A DNA stretch of 64,000 nt from an uncultured Gammaproteobacteria bacterium (lineage in GTDB: Bacteria > Patescibacteriota > Patescibacteriia > Magasanikbacterales > UBA922), in NCBI GenBank assembly GCA_964592785.1, contig CAZQHU010000002.1, positions 12,680 through 76,679 on the forward strand. The letters run 5' to 3'. The number at the start of each line of letters is the position of its first letter. Position 1 is the stretch's first letter. The notes beneath the pieces are model-generated. The model did no database searches, had not been told where the DNA came from, and saw only the letters and a program-made list of their open reading frames with translations. Below, piece by piece: positions 28,573-37,174 of the stretch. The position numbers and the translations under genes are program-made.

Positions 28573-30167
28573 ACTACACTTTTTTTACCAGTCAATTCGT
28601 AATAAACGTTTTCAGGCAAACGATTTTCTAATAAAATCACTGTTTTGGTATTTTTTAAAGATTTGAGATAATTGAGTAATTCTCTATTTTCAAAAATGAA
28701 ATTAACTTTGGTATTGAACCTATCGCCTACTCCCTCTGCCAAGGCCAAAGCTTGATCTTTGTTTATAATTATTAATTCTTCGGCTACCAGAGAGATTTCT
28801 TCCCCGATTGATCTATGTATTTCAAAACTTTTTTCTCCTAGTTCCAACATGCCTCTAGTCACAATCACTCGTCGGTATTCAGAGGGAAAAGTTTTTAATA
28901 CATCCAAAACAGCCAAAAAACCATTGGGATTGGAATTGTAGCTGTCGTCCAAAACTTTGGCTTGGCCATATTCATAAATTTGCAGTGATCCTTCTGGTAA
29001 TTTTAAAGTTAAACAACGTTCTCTAACTTGTTGGCGAGTCATACCTAGAAATTTTCCTATTAAAAAGCAGGGAGCAATATTCATAAAATTATGTTCTCCT
29101 ATAATTGGTACATCGACCTGCCCCAATTCTCCATCCATGTAACCAACACAATGAATTCCTTGATCGGTACGCTTTACATCTTTGATTAAAAAATCAGGTT
29201 TGTTTTCTTCCTTCGCACCAAAGGTCCAAACTGGAGATTTAAGTTCATTTACAAATTCCATACACAGCTGATTGTCAGCATTGGTAACTGCCAATCCATC
29301 TGGAGGTAAAGATCGCAATAATTCGTATTTTGTTTCTTGAGTTTTTTTGATATTTCCAAAAAGAGAAAGATGTTGCTCGTTGATAGCTGTCAAAATTCCT
29401 ATTTTGGGGTGAACAATATTGCAAATTCTTTTTATTTCACCTATACAATAAGCCCCCATTTCCACTATAAAAATTTCAGCATGAGAAAAATCGGCACGAA
29501 GAATAAATTTGGCCACACCAATTTCAGTATTAACATGCTTTGGTGTCATTACTGTTTTAAATTTACCCTGTAAAATATGATGGAGAAAAGTTTTGGTGGT
29601 GGTCTTGCCATAACTACCAGTAATTCCTATTACTATCAAATTGGGATAATGACTTATTTTTTTGGTTGCCTTTTTTATGATCCAGTGTTTGACCAAATCT
29701 GTTAATTTATTAACCAAGAAAACAATGAAAGCTAAAATAAAAAATCGTAAAATTAGTAACATTAGAGGTAGTGTCCACTCTTTTGTAAAAACAAAAAGTC
29801 CACCTTCAAAAACTAGAGCAATAAATACTATTAAAATAGCTTTGGCTGTGAGTACTGGATGAGATAATCTGTGATATAAAAATTTATATAAATTATATAA
29901 AAAATCCAAGCTAAAAATTCCTAATAAAAGATATTTTATAGTTGGAATATCATTAATTGGCCAGAAAAAAATAATTATCGCCAAAGAAGATCGCCAAAAT
30001 AAAGAATATTTCAAAAAAAAGACTTTGCCTTGTTGAGTAGAAAGAAAATCTCTAAAACGATCCAAACGATATTCTTTTAATTGCCAGAGATAACAAAAAT
30101 CAAGGTAATCCACTACAGCACTCAAAAACCATAAGCTGGCGATAATTATATTAATTGGTGAAATCAT
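28569..30167 (-). CDS. murF: MurF-like Mur ligase with N-terminal TM domain
   Basis: WQLKEYRLDR, GITGSYGKTTTK, VEMGA, DDSYNSNP, GMLELG, LENRLP. Confidence 0.85.
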   Translation of the reverse strand: MISPINIIIASLWFLSAVVDYLDFCYLWQLKEYRLDRFRDFLSTQQGKVFFLKYSLFWRSSLAIIIFFWPINDIPTIKYLLLGIFSLDFLYNLYKFLYHRLSHPVLTAKAILIVFIALVFEGGLFVFTKEWTLPLMLLILRFFILAFIVFLVNKLTDLVKHWIIKKATKKISHYPNLIVIGITGSYGKTTTKTFLHHILQGKFKTVMTPKHVNTEIGVAKFILRADFSHAEIFIVEMGAYCIGEIKRICNIVHPKIGILTAINEQHLSLFGNIKKTQETKYELLRSLPPDGLAVTNADNQLCMEFVNELKSPVWTFGAKEENKPDFLIKDVKRTDQGIHCVGYMDGELGQVDVPIIGEHNFMNIAPCFLIGKFLGMTRQQVRERCLTLKLPEGSLQIYEYGQAKVLDDSYNSNPNGFLAVLDVLKTFPSEYRRVIVTRGMLELGEKSFEIHRSIGEEISLVAEELIIINKDQALALAEGVGDRFNTKVNFIFENRELLNYLKSLKNTKTVILLENRLPENVYYELTGKKSVV

Positions 30168-30921
30168 AAATTATTTGCAATAATTTATCCGGCATTTGCA
30201 AGTGTAAACCATGGCGTCCATTTTTAATTATTTCCAATTTTGAATTTTTAATCAATTCATTTAGCTTATAAGCATCTTTAATTGGTAAATAATTGTCCAT
30301 GGTACCCCAAATAATGAGCGCGGGTAGTTTAATTTTATTGGCTTCCTCTCCCCTATCTTGGCGGATGATTTTTTTAAATATTTCGCGTTTAATTCCCGAA
30401 CTATCATGATAATCATGAGCACCAATAGCTTTGTGGTAAATTTCTTCCGCCCAAAGTGAACCTTTTTCTATCCAAGGAATTTTAAAAATTAACTTACCAA
30501 ATTTGGCTCCAATATTAAAAATGATTCTTCTGAAAGTTTTTTTTGGTCTAAAAACCGCTGGTGCCACCAAAACAAGTTTATCAATCATTTCAGGATATTT
30601 ACTAGCAAAAACTGTCGCCACCTGCCCACCAAAACTATGGCCTAACAATATTACTTCGTCATTCTGAATCCGCCCTTTGGCGGACGAAGAATCTCTTTCG
30701 TTTAGATCTTTCGATTCTGTCTTGTTTCTCTCAAGGTGATTTCTTACAAAATCTACATACTCCTCTACCCCCCAAGTTGTCTCTGGGCAGGGCTCATCAC
30801 CAAAACATGGTAAATTAATTATCTCAACCTCAAAATATTTACTAGCTAAATTAGCAAATTCTTTCCAAGTTTCTTTGTTGCCTCCCCAGCCAGGGAGAAT
30901 TAGCAAAGATTTTTTATTCAT
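30151..30921 (-). CDS. Alpha/beta hydrolase
   Basis: ILPGWGG, NLPCFG, GHSFGG nucleophile elbow, IWGTMD, GRHG. Confidence 0.9.
   Translation of the reverse strand: MNKKSLLILPGWGGNKETWKEFANLASKYFEVEIINLPCFGDEPCPETTWGVEEYVDFVRNHLERNKTESKDLNERDSSSAKGRIQNDEVILLGHSFGGQVATVFASKYPEMIDKLVLVAPAVFRPKKTFRRIIFNIGAKFGKLIFKIPWIEKGSLWAEEIYHKAIGAHDYHDSSGIKREIFKKIIRQDRGEEANKIKLPALIIWGTMDNYLPIKDAYKLNELIKNSKLEIIKNGRHGLHLQMPDKLLQIIYDFTN
30658..30740. repeat. GTCAT-family element in frame in the hydrolase
   Basis: gtcattctgaatccgccctttggcggacgaagaatct...agatctttcg...tcaaggtga; encodes HLERNKTESKDLNERDSSSAKGRIQND just before GHSFGG. Confidence 0.8.
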
Positions 30922-30924
30922 GCT

Positions 30925-32184
30925 TTATTTAATTACTTTTTTATCCAAATATTTTTTCAAAACTTTTGGCACTTTTATGTTGCCATCTTTTTGTTGGTAG
31001 TTTTCTACTACAACTAATGGCCAACGACTGGTATTTACAGCTGTGCCATTTAAAGTATGCACATATTCATTGGTGCCGTCAGCTTTTTTATATCTTATAT
31101 TCAATCTCCTCGCCTGATAATCTGTACAATTGGAACAACTAGTAATTTCGCCATAATCACCTTGAGGTGAGCTTGCCGAACCTTTCATTGGCATCCAAGC
31201 TTCTATATCATATTTTTTATAAGCCGGTCCACCCAAATCTCCAGAAGCAATATCAATCACTCGGTAAGCAATATCTAGTCCTTCAATAATTTCTTTTTCA
31301 ATGTCTAAAATTTCTTGATGATATTTTTCACTCTCTTCTGGCTTGCAATAAACAAACATTTCTAATTTTGTAAATTGATGAACTCGGTATAAACCTTTGG
31401 ATTCCTTACCATAAGCTCCAGCCTCAGTGCGAAAACAATGAGATAAAGCAACATATTTTTTTGGCCCAGCTGATAAATCCAAAATTTCATTCATATGATA
31501 GCCACCAACAGTAATCTCCGCTGTACCAATAAGACTTAGATCTGTATTTTCCAGACTATAAACCTGGGTTTCTGCCCCTCTGGGATTGAAGCCAATACCC
31601 TCCAAAACCTCATTTTTGGCCAAATCCGGGGTTTCTATCAAGGTGTAGCCATATTTGTTCACAACCTCTATTCCGTAGCTGATTAAAGCCATATTTAGCC
31701 TTACTAAGTCATTTTTTACAAAGTAAAATTTGGCTCCAGAAACTTTGGCTCCTCGTTCAAAATCTATCAAATCCAAATTTGTTAACAGAGTTTCATGATC
31801 TTTTGTTTCAAAATCAAACTTAGGCACTTTTCCACCAGTGGATACAATTTTGAAATCTTCTTCTCCACCAATTGGCGAAGTTGGATGAGTTAAGTTTGGC
31901 ACTTGTTTTAATAAAGAAAAATATTCAATCTCAATTGCTTGCAACTCAACTTCCAAAGATTTAATCCCCTCTCCTACCAAACGCATCTTGGCAATTTCTT
32001 CTTCATTTGGTTTACCTTTTGATTTTTCATTTCTAGTCGCTCTAAGATCTTCGATTCTTTTTATTATGCCTTTCCTTTTTTCATCCAAAGAAATTAATTT
32101 ATCTAAATCAACTTTGACTCGGCGATTGGTACAATTATTTTTTACCAATTCTAAATTTTCACGAATAAATTTAATATCCAACAT
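30925..32184 (-). CDS. serS: Seryl-tRNA synthetase
   Basis: MLDIKFIREN, LIGTAE, CFRTEAG, GLYRVHQFTKLE, SNCTDYQARRL, HTLNGT. Confidence 0.98.
   Translation of the reverse strand: MLDIKFIRENLELVKNNCTNRRVKVDLDKLISLDEKRKGIIKRIEDLRATRNEKSKGKPNEEEIAKMRLVGEGIKSLEVELQAIEIEYFSLLKQVPNLTHPTSPIGGEEDFKIVSTGGKVPKFDFETKDHETLLTNLDLIDFERGAKVSGAKFYFVKNDLVRLNMALISYGIEVVNKYGYTLIETPDLAKNEVLEGIGFNPRGAETQVYSLENTDLSLIGTAEITVGGYHMNEILDLSAGPKKYVALSHCFRTEAGAYGKESKGLYRVHQFTKLEMFVYCKPEESEKYHQEILDIEKEIIEGLDIAYRVIDIASGDLGGPAYKKYDIEAWMPMKGSASSPQGDYGEITSCSNCTDYQARRLNIRYKKADGTNEYVHTLNGTAVNTSRWPLVVVENYQQKDGNIKVPKVLKKYLDKKVIK
31157..31182. repeat. Short palindromic element in frame in serS
   Basis: On -: ggttcggcaagctcacctcaaggtga; encodes GSASSPQG between EAWMP and YGEITS. 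Confidence 0.6.
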
Positions 32185-32189
32185 AAATA

Positions 32190-32519
32190 CTAATTAATTT
32201 TTAAATATCTATTTAAAGCCTTGCGAATCGCCTCTTTTTCAACAGCAGTAAATTGTCTACTATCCTGCACTCTAATCCCTTCTTTTAATAAATAACCTGT
32301 CTTGACAGCCTCATCTTCTCCCACATAAGTGTCCATAGCCTCATGATCAAACCCATCGAAATCTGTACACCATAGTTTTATTGTTCCATTAAAAATCGAC
32401 CAACTCAATCTCTTACCGGCATCATAAAGAGTACGGAGTATGCCAGAACTTGTAGGAGATTCAACTGTAAAAATGTATGACAACTTTTCTGCCTCAAGAT
32501 CTGTTTCAAAATCGTTCAT
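32190..32519 (-). CDS. Hypothetical protein
   Basis: 109-aa ORF overlapping the upstream stop by 4 nt. Confidence 0.65.
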   Translation of the reverse strand: MNDFETDLEAEKLSYIFTVESPTSSGILRTLYDAGKRLSWSIFNGTIKLWCTDFDGFDHEAMDTYVGEDEAVKTGYLLKEGIRVQDSRQFTAVEKEAIRKALNRYLKIN

Positions 32520-33553
32520 AGTTTATGATTATCAATAACTTGTCTTAATTCTGGTAAAAACTTATCCAACATTTTATTATCCTCATATAAAAACTTAAAT
32601 TTTCTGTGTTCTTCCGGATTTATCCACTTTGCGTCCAAGACCTCAGCATCATTCAAGGATAGTTTTCCTCCCACAATCTTACAAACAAAAGGTACTAAAT
32701 AAACCTGGTAAGAAAAACTAGGAAAACTAAGATTTTTAACAGAAATACCTTGTAATTGTTTTATTATTTTTACTTTATAGCCCACTTCTTCTTGGACTTC
32801 TTTTACCACTGTGGATTCGGTATTCTGTCCAAAATCCACAATACCGCCGGGCAACTCCCATTTTCTGTGATTTTCTTTTCTGTGAGGATCATTACGAAGA
32901 GTAATTAACAATTTGCCATTTTTTATTATCAGAGCAATCGGTACCACAATATGCTTGGCACCGTACTGATTTTGTAAATAATATTTTATTTTAATAAGAG
33001 CCTTACCACGATGTGAACAAGAATTTTTTTCTTGTATATTCATCTGGCTAAAAGTTTTTTTTAGCTCATCTACATAAAAAATCGGATCATAAGTAAAACC
33101 GCCATTTTTGTTTATTTCTTTCAAAGTAATTTTGCCGTTAGTTTGACCCAAAGACAAGTACAGATCTTTGTTAGTTGGATTATAAAGAGCGCTGACATTG
33201 GCAAAAATTGCTTTTCTATTTTTTTTATTTTTTAAATTTTTCAAAATTATGCTTCTTCTTTCCTGGTCAGTCCTGCCAATTCTGGCTGAATGTACTCCTG
33301 GATAATTTTTTAAAGCTTTTATAAATAATCCTGAATCTTCGCTCAAGGTTATTAGTCCGGATTTTTCTCCATAATAAGTGGCTTTGAGAATAGCATTTTG
33401 TTCTAGGCTTTCTCCATTTTCATATGGTTCTTTTATTTTCTTTTTTAAATCACTCAAATTCAAATACTCAAATGGCAAATCAGCCAAAAAATGTAACATC
33501 TCTTTAAATTTTCCCTGATTGGTAGTGGCGATCAAAATTTTTTGTTTCTTCAT
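32516..33553 (-). CDS. RdgB/HAM1 non-canonical purine NTP pyrophosphatase fused to a NUDIX domain
   Basis: ATTNQGK, EDSGL, YPGVHSAR, FTYDPIF, SHRGKA; then WELPGG..KEVQEEVG. Confidence 0.88.
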   Translation of the reverse strand: MKKQKILIATTNQGKFKEMLHFLADLPFEYLNLSDLKKKIKEPYENGESLEQNAILKATYYGEKSGLITLSEDSGLFIKALKNYPGVHSARIGRTDQERRSIILKNLKNKKNRKAIFANVSALYNPTNKDLYLSLGQTNGKITLKEINKNGGFTYDPIFYVDELKKTFSQMNIQEKNSCSHRGKALIKIKYYLQNQYGAKHIVVPIALIIKNGKLLITLRNDPHRKENHRKWELPGGIVDFGQNTESTVVKEVQEEVGYKVKIIKQLQGISVKNLSFPSFSYQVYLVPFVCKIVGGKLSLNDAEVLDAKWINPEEHRKFKFLYEDNKMLDKFLPELRQVIDNHKL

Positions 33554-33969
33554 ACCAATCTTTCTATGTATTTTCTAATTTTACTAGTTTTAAATTTATT
33601 TTCTTGATAAGGAGATAGACGAACAATCGGAATTTTTAAATCAGCAGCAGTAATGGCACCTTCTAGTTTATCAACATAAACTTTTTGATCATAACCAAGA
33701 GCAATAATATCTGGCTTTATTTCTCTTATTACTTTATAAACATCAGTTTCGTCGCCCAAAATGACCTCATCCAATAATTTAATATTTTTTAAAAAATCTA
33801 GACGTTCATTTTCATCGTGTAGTGGTCCAATACCTTTTACCTTTTCAGTATTAGCATCACGCGCTACCACAGCAATTAATCTGTCCCCGTACTCTTTGGC
33901 CTCACGAAACATGTGTAAATGCCCAGCATGTACGATATCAAAAGTCCCAAAGATCATGACTGTCTTCAT
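33550..33969 (-). CDS. Cytidylyltransferase-like / archaeal-type FAD synthase (RibL family)
   Basis: FGTFDIVHAGH, VVARD, PDIIALGYDQ, KTSKI. Confidence 0.82.
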   Translation of the reverse strand: MKTVMIFGTFDIVHAGHLHMFREAKEYGDRLIAVVARDANTEKVKGIGPLHDENERLDFLKNIKLLDEVILGDETDVYKVIREIKPDIIALGYDQKVYVDKLEGAITAADLKIPIVRLSPYQENKFKTSKIRKYIERLV

Positions 33970-35036
33970 ATTTGGTTCTGTTCTTCATAAAGTGCGTCCA
34001 ATCGTCTAATTATTGATTTATTGGTCATTAATTTTTTTATTATTCGTTGCACTTCTTCTGGAATTTGTGAAGAATTACCTGGTTGTGTCATGAATTTTTG
34101 AAAATCTTCTTTAATTTTTTTTAAAGTTTCAGAAGGTCTTTTTTGTTCACCTCGAGAACTAATAGCCTGGTACATATCTGCCAGTTCTACCAGGGTAGCC
34201 AGTCTATCTGCTAAGGCATGAATTTCTGGATTGTCAGGAAGATTTTCAAGCAAATGACCATTTGGATTGTAAGAATAATTATGCATCCAACGATGATGAT
34301 TACCAACCAAAAAAATCAAAACAGGATCAACCGGCATCTCACTTCTTTCTTGATAAGCTTGTAAAACATCCAAAGAATATTGAAGATGTGAACCAAACAA
34401 ATCTTTCATTTTTTTATCCAAAAGACCTAAGGATTTCATCGTCTTGGTAACCCCTTCCTTTCTATCCAGAGGGATATGATTTTCTATAGCCTGAGCTATA
34501 GAGCATTCTGGTAAACTACTACCTTCTTTTTTATTTTTTTCAAAAATACTGAAAAGTAAAACAAAATCGTCATTCATTTCAGTTGGAATTTTTTGACCAT
34601 CAACCATTTCTGGACCAGTTTTACCAATGTCATGAAGTAAAGCGGCAGTAATAACTTTTCTTTCCAAAACTTGATAATCTGAACTGCCAGGTTTTTCGCG
34701 TAAAAAATGTGGCAACAAAATTTTTAAAATTTCTGCTAGTTTCAAACTGTGTTCAAGATGAGTTTCATTCTTTTTTACAACAATATTGCCTTCGGCGTCT
34801 TCGGCTTCATAAGTCTTATTATCAGAAGAAAGACAATTTCCATTGCTACATCTAGGTGTATCCAAAAGTTTTAATCGCTCTATTATTCCTGGTGGTAATT
34901 CTATTTGTTCTCTTTCCAGCACACTTAACAATTCTAAAATATTTTTAGAATTATTATCATATTGATCTCTGGAATCCACTCTCGGTAGTCTGCCCTCGAT
35001 TCTTGGTAACATGCCCTCCATTTCCATTCTGTTCAT
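33966..35036 (-). CDS. HD-domain phosphohydrolase
   Basis: HS..AALLHDIGK..H..NHH..ELADMYQA. Confidence 0.75.
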   Translation of the reverse strand: MNRMEMEGMLPRIEGRLPRVDSRDQYDNNSKNILELLSVLEREQIELPPGIIERLKLLDTPRCSNGNCLSSDNKTYEAEDAEGNIVVKKNETHLEHSLKLAEILKILLPHFLREKPGSSDYQVLERKVITAALLHDIGKTGPEMVDGQKIPTEMNDDFVLLFSIFEKNKKEGSSLPECSIAQAIENHIPLDRKEGVTKTMKSLGLLDKKMKDLFGSHLQYSLDVLQAYQERSEMPVDPVLIFLVGNHHRWMHNYSYNPNGHLLENLPDNPEIHALADRLATLVELADMYQAISSRGEQKRPSETLKKIKEDFQKFMTQPGNSSQIPEEVQRIIKKLMTNKSIIRRLDALYEEQNQI

Positions 35037-35049
35037 AGTTTATATTTTA

Positions 35050-36513
35050 TTATTTATCATTAGGTTTAACTAGTGGAAATATTACACATTCTCTAATCGG
35101 TTTGTTTTCCAAAAAAGAAAATAATCTTTCGGAAAAACCAAAACCGCAGGTTGGCGGCATACCATGTTCCAGAGCTTCTACAAAGTCATAATCGTGCATT
35201 TGAGCTTCACTATCCCCTGCCTCACGCATGGCAGCTTGTTCTTGGAATCTTCCAGCTTGATCAATTGGATCATTTAATTCTGAATAACCATTCCCTAATT
35301 CTGAACCGGCAATAATAATTTGAAAACGTTCAGTCAAATTTGGGTTATCAACTCTGCGTTTGGCCAAAGGTGAAACCATAACAGGAACATTAATCAGAAA
35401 TCCCGGACCTTTGAGAGAACGTCGACAATATTTCCAAATGGCGTCGATCAGACTGCTACGCCCCTCAGTTTCTTCATATTTGACTTCTAATTTTTTCAGT
35501 TCTTGTTTTAGCTCTTCGTCACTAGCTTGTAAGACATCCACCCCTGTTTTTTCTTTGATAGTGGAAACATAATCATATCTTTCCCACTTTTGGCCAAGAT
35601 CAATCTCCCCAAATTCACCAATAGTAAATCTTAAAGTTTCATAAGTTTCTTGTGCAATATGTTTGACCATCCTTTCCACTAAATCCATACCCATCTCATA
35701 ATTGGCGTAAGCCCAATAAAATTCCATTTGTGTATAATCTTGTAGATGCTCACGACTCATGCCCTCATTTCTAAATTGACGACCAATCTCAAAAGTTTTT
35801 TCAAAACCAGAGACCATGAGTCTTTTTTGCCAAAGCTCGCCCATAGAAATTCGCAGGTAAACATCTATATCCAAAGCATTATGATGAGTAACAAAGGGTG
35901 TGGCACTGGCGCCACCAGCTGTAGTTTCCAAAGCTGGAGTTTCTACTTCCAAAAATCCTTCTTTCAACAAAAATTGACGTGTACTATTCCAAAATCTACT
36001 CTTACGCACAAAAATTTGTTTGATTTCGGAGTCTGTTAAAATTTCTAAATAACGTTTACGTAAACGAATTTCTTCATCTTGAAGGCCATGAAATTTATCT
36101 GGCAAAGGGAGAAGAGCTTTGGTGAGCAGGAGCCACTCTTTCACCAAAATAGACTCTTCACCAGTGTGAGTAGTAAAACGTTCTCCTTTTACATAAATAA
36201 TATCACCAGTGTCTATTTTTTTAACAAACAATTTATAATTTTCTTTTTCTAAATTTTCATCTTTAAAAGCCAGCTGTATTTTACCGCTATTATCAAGGAT
36301 TGTACAAAAGGTCAATTTGCCTATTTCCCTCTTCAAAACAATTCTGCCAGCTACAGCTACAATTTCACCTGACTTTTTACCTAGAGCACTAATGGTCGTT
36401 TCTCTTGGTGGACAGCTAGCTGGAAAAGGATTAACCCCCAATTCTTTCAAATCTTTAAGTTTTTCCAAACGTACCTGACGTTCGTCGTTGATATTTAGAT
36501 TTTTTTTGTTCAT
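35050..36513 (-). CDS. lysS: Lysyl-tRNA synthetase (class II)
   Basis: FLEVETP, GGASATPF.THHN, FRNEG, ELGNGYSELNDP, GMPPTCG. Confidence 0.98.
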   Translation of the reverse strand: MNKKNLNINDERQVRLEKLKDLKELGVNPFPASCPPRETTISALGKKSGEIVAVAGRIVLKREIGKLTFCTILDNSGKIQLAFKDENLEKENYKLFVKKIDTGDIIYVKGERFTTHTGEESILVKEWLLLTKALLPLPDKFHGLQDEEIRLRKRYLEILTDSEIKQIFVRKSRFWNSTRQFLLKEGFLEVETPALETTAGGASATPFVTHHNALDIDVYLRISMGELWQKRLMVSGFEKTFEIGRQFRNEGMSREHLQDYTQMEFYWAYANYEMGMDLVERMVKHIAQETYETLRFTIGEFGEIDLGQKWERYDYVSTIKEKTGVDVLQASDEELKQELKKLEVKYEETEGRSSLIDAIWKYCRRSLKGPGFLINVPVMVSPLAKRRVDNPNLTERFQIIIAGSELGNGYSELNDPIDQAGRFQEQAAMREAGDSEAQMHDYDFVEALEHGMPPTCGFGFSERLFSFLENKPIRECVIFPLVKPNDK

Positions 36514-36564
36514 AATAATTTGGCTTATTTGTAAGATAATTTTACCAAAAAATCAAAAAAAATA

Positions 36565-36591
36565 CAAATACCTCAACACGTGAGGTATTTG
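36565..36591 (-). terminator. Terminator after greA
   Basis: caaatacctca-acacg-tgaggtatttg with T-tract on -. Confidence 0.7.
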
Positions 36592-36610
36592 ATTAAAATT
36601 TTGGCTTATT

Positions 36611-37078
36611 TTAGCTTATTTTCAAAATCTTATACACCTGGGTGCCAGCAGGTATTTCCACTTCCACTTTTTCTCCCTTCTTTTTACCCAGGAGGGCGCT
36701 GCCCAAAGGAGACTCATTGGAAATTTTCCCTTCCAAAGGATTGGCCTCTTGGGCACCAACAATTGTAAATTCTTTTTCTTTTCCGTGAGTTTCAACTTTG
36801 ACAGTGGCCCCGATAGTTACTTTTCCACTTTCATCCTGACCTGTCTGAATAATTTGGGCATTATCTAAAATTATTTGTATTTCTCCAATTCTTGATTGGA
36901 CCCAAGCTAATTCTTCACGAGCGGCATGATATTCAGCGTTTTCGCTCAAATCACCCATTTGTCTCGCTTCATCGATGCGTTTACGTAGTTGAGGAGCTTT
37001 ATTATTTTTTAAATCAGATAATTCTGTTTTTAACTCATCAATTTTTTCTTGGGACATGTATTGTGTTTGTTCTGACAT
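36611..37078 (-). CDS. greA: Transcription elongation factor GreA
   Basis: GDLSENAEYHAARE, ISNESPLGSALLG; ATG 37078. Confidence 0.97.
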   Translation of the reverse strand: MSEQTQYMSQEKIDELKTELSDLKNNKAPQLRKRIDEARQMGDLSENAEYHAAREELAWVQSRIGEIQIILDNAQIIQTGQDESGKVTIGATVKVETHGKEKEFTIVGAQEANPLEGKISNESPLGSALLGKKKGEKVEVEIPAGTQVYKILKIS

Positions 37079-37174
37079 ATAAACAAAAATTAACAAAAAT
37101 ATTCCGCTTGAGGCGGACCACTTAAGTATAGACTTTAAAAAAACAAAGTACAACCCAATACCTGTGGATATGTT

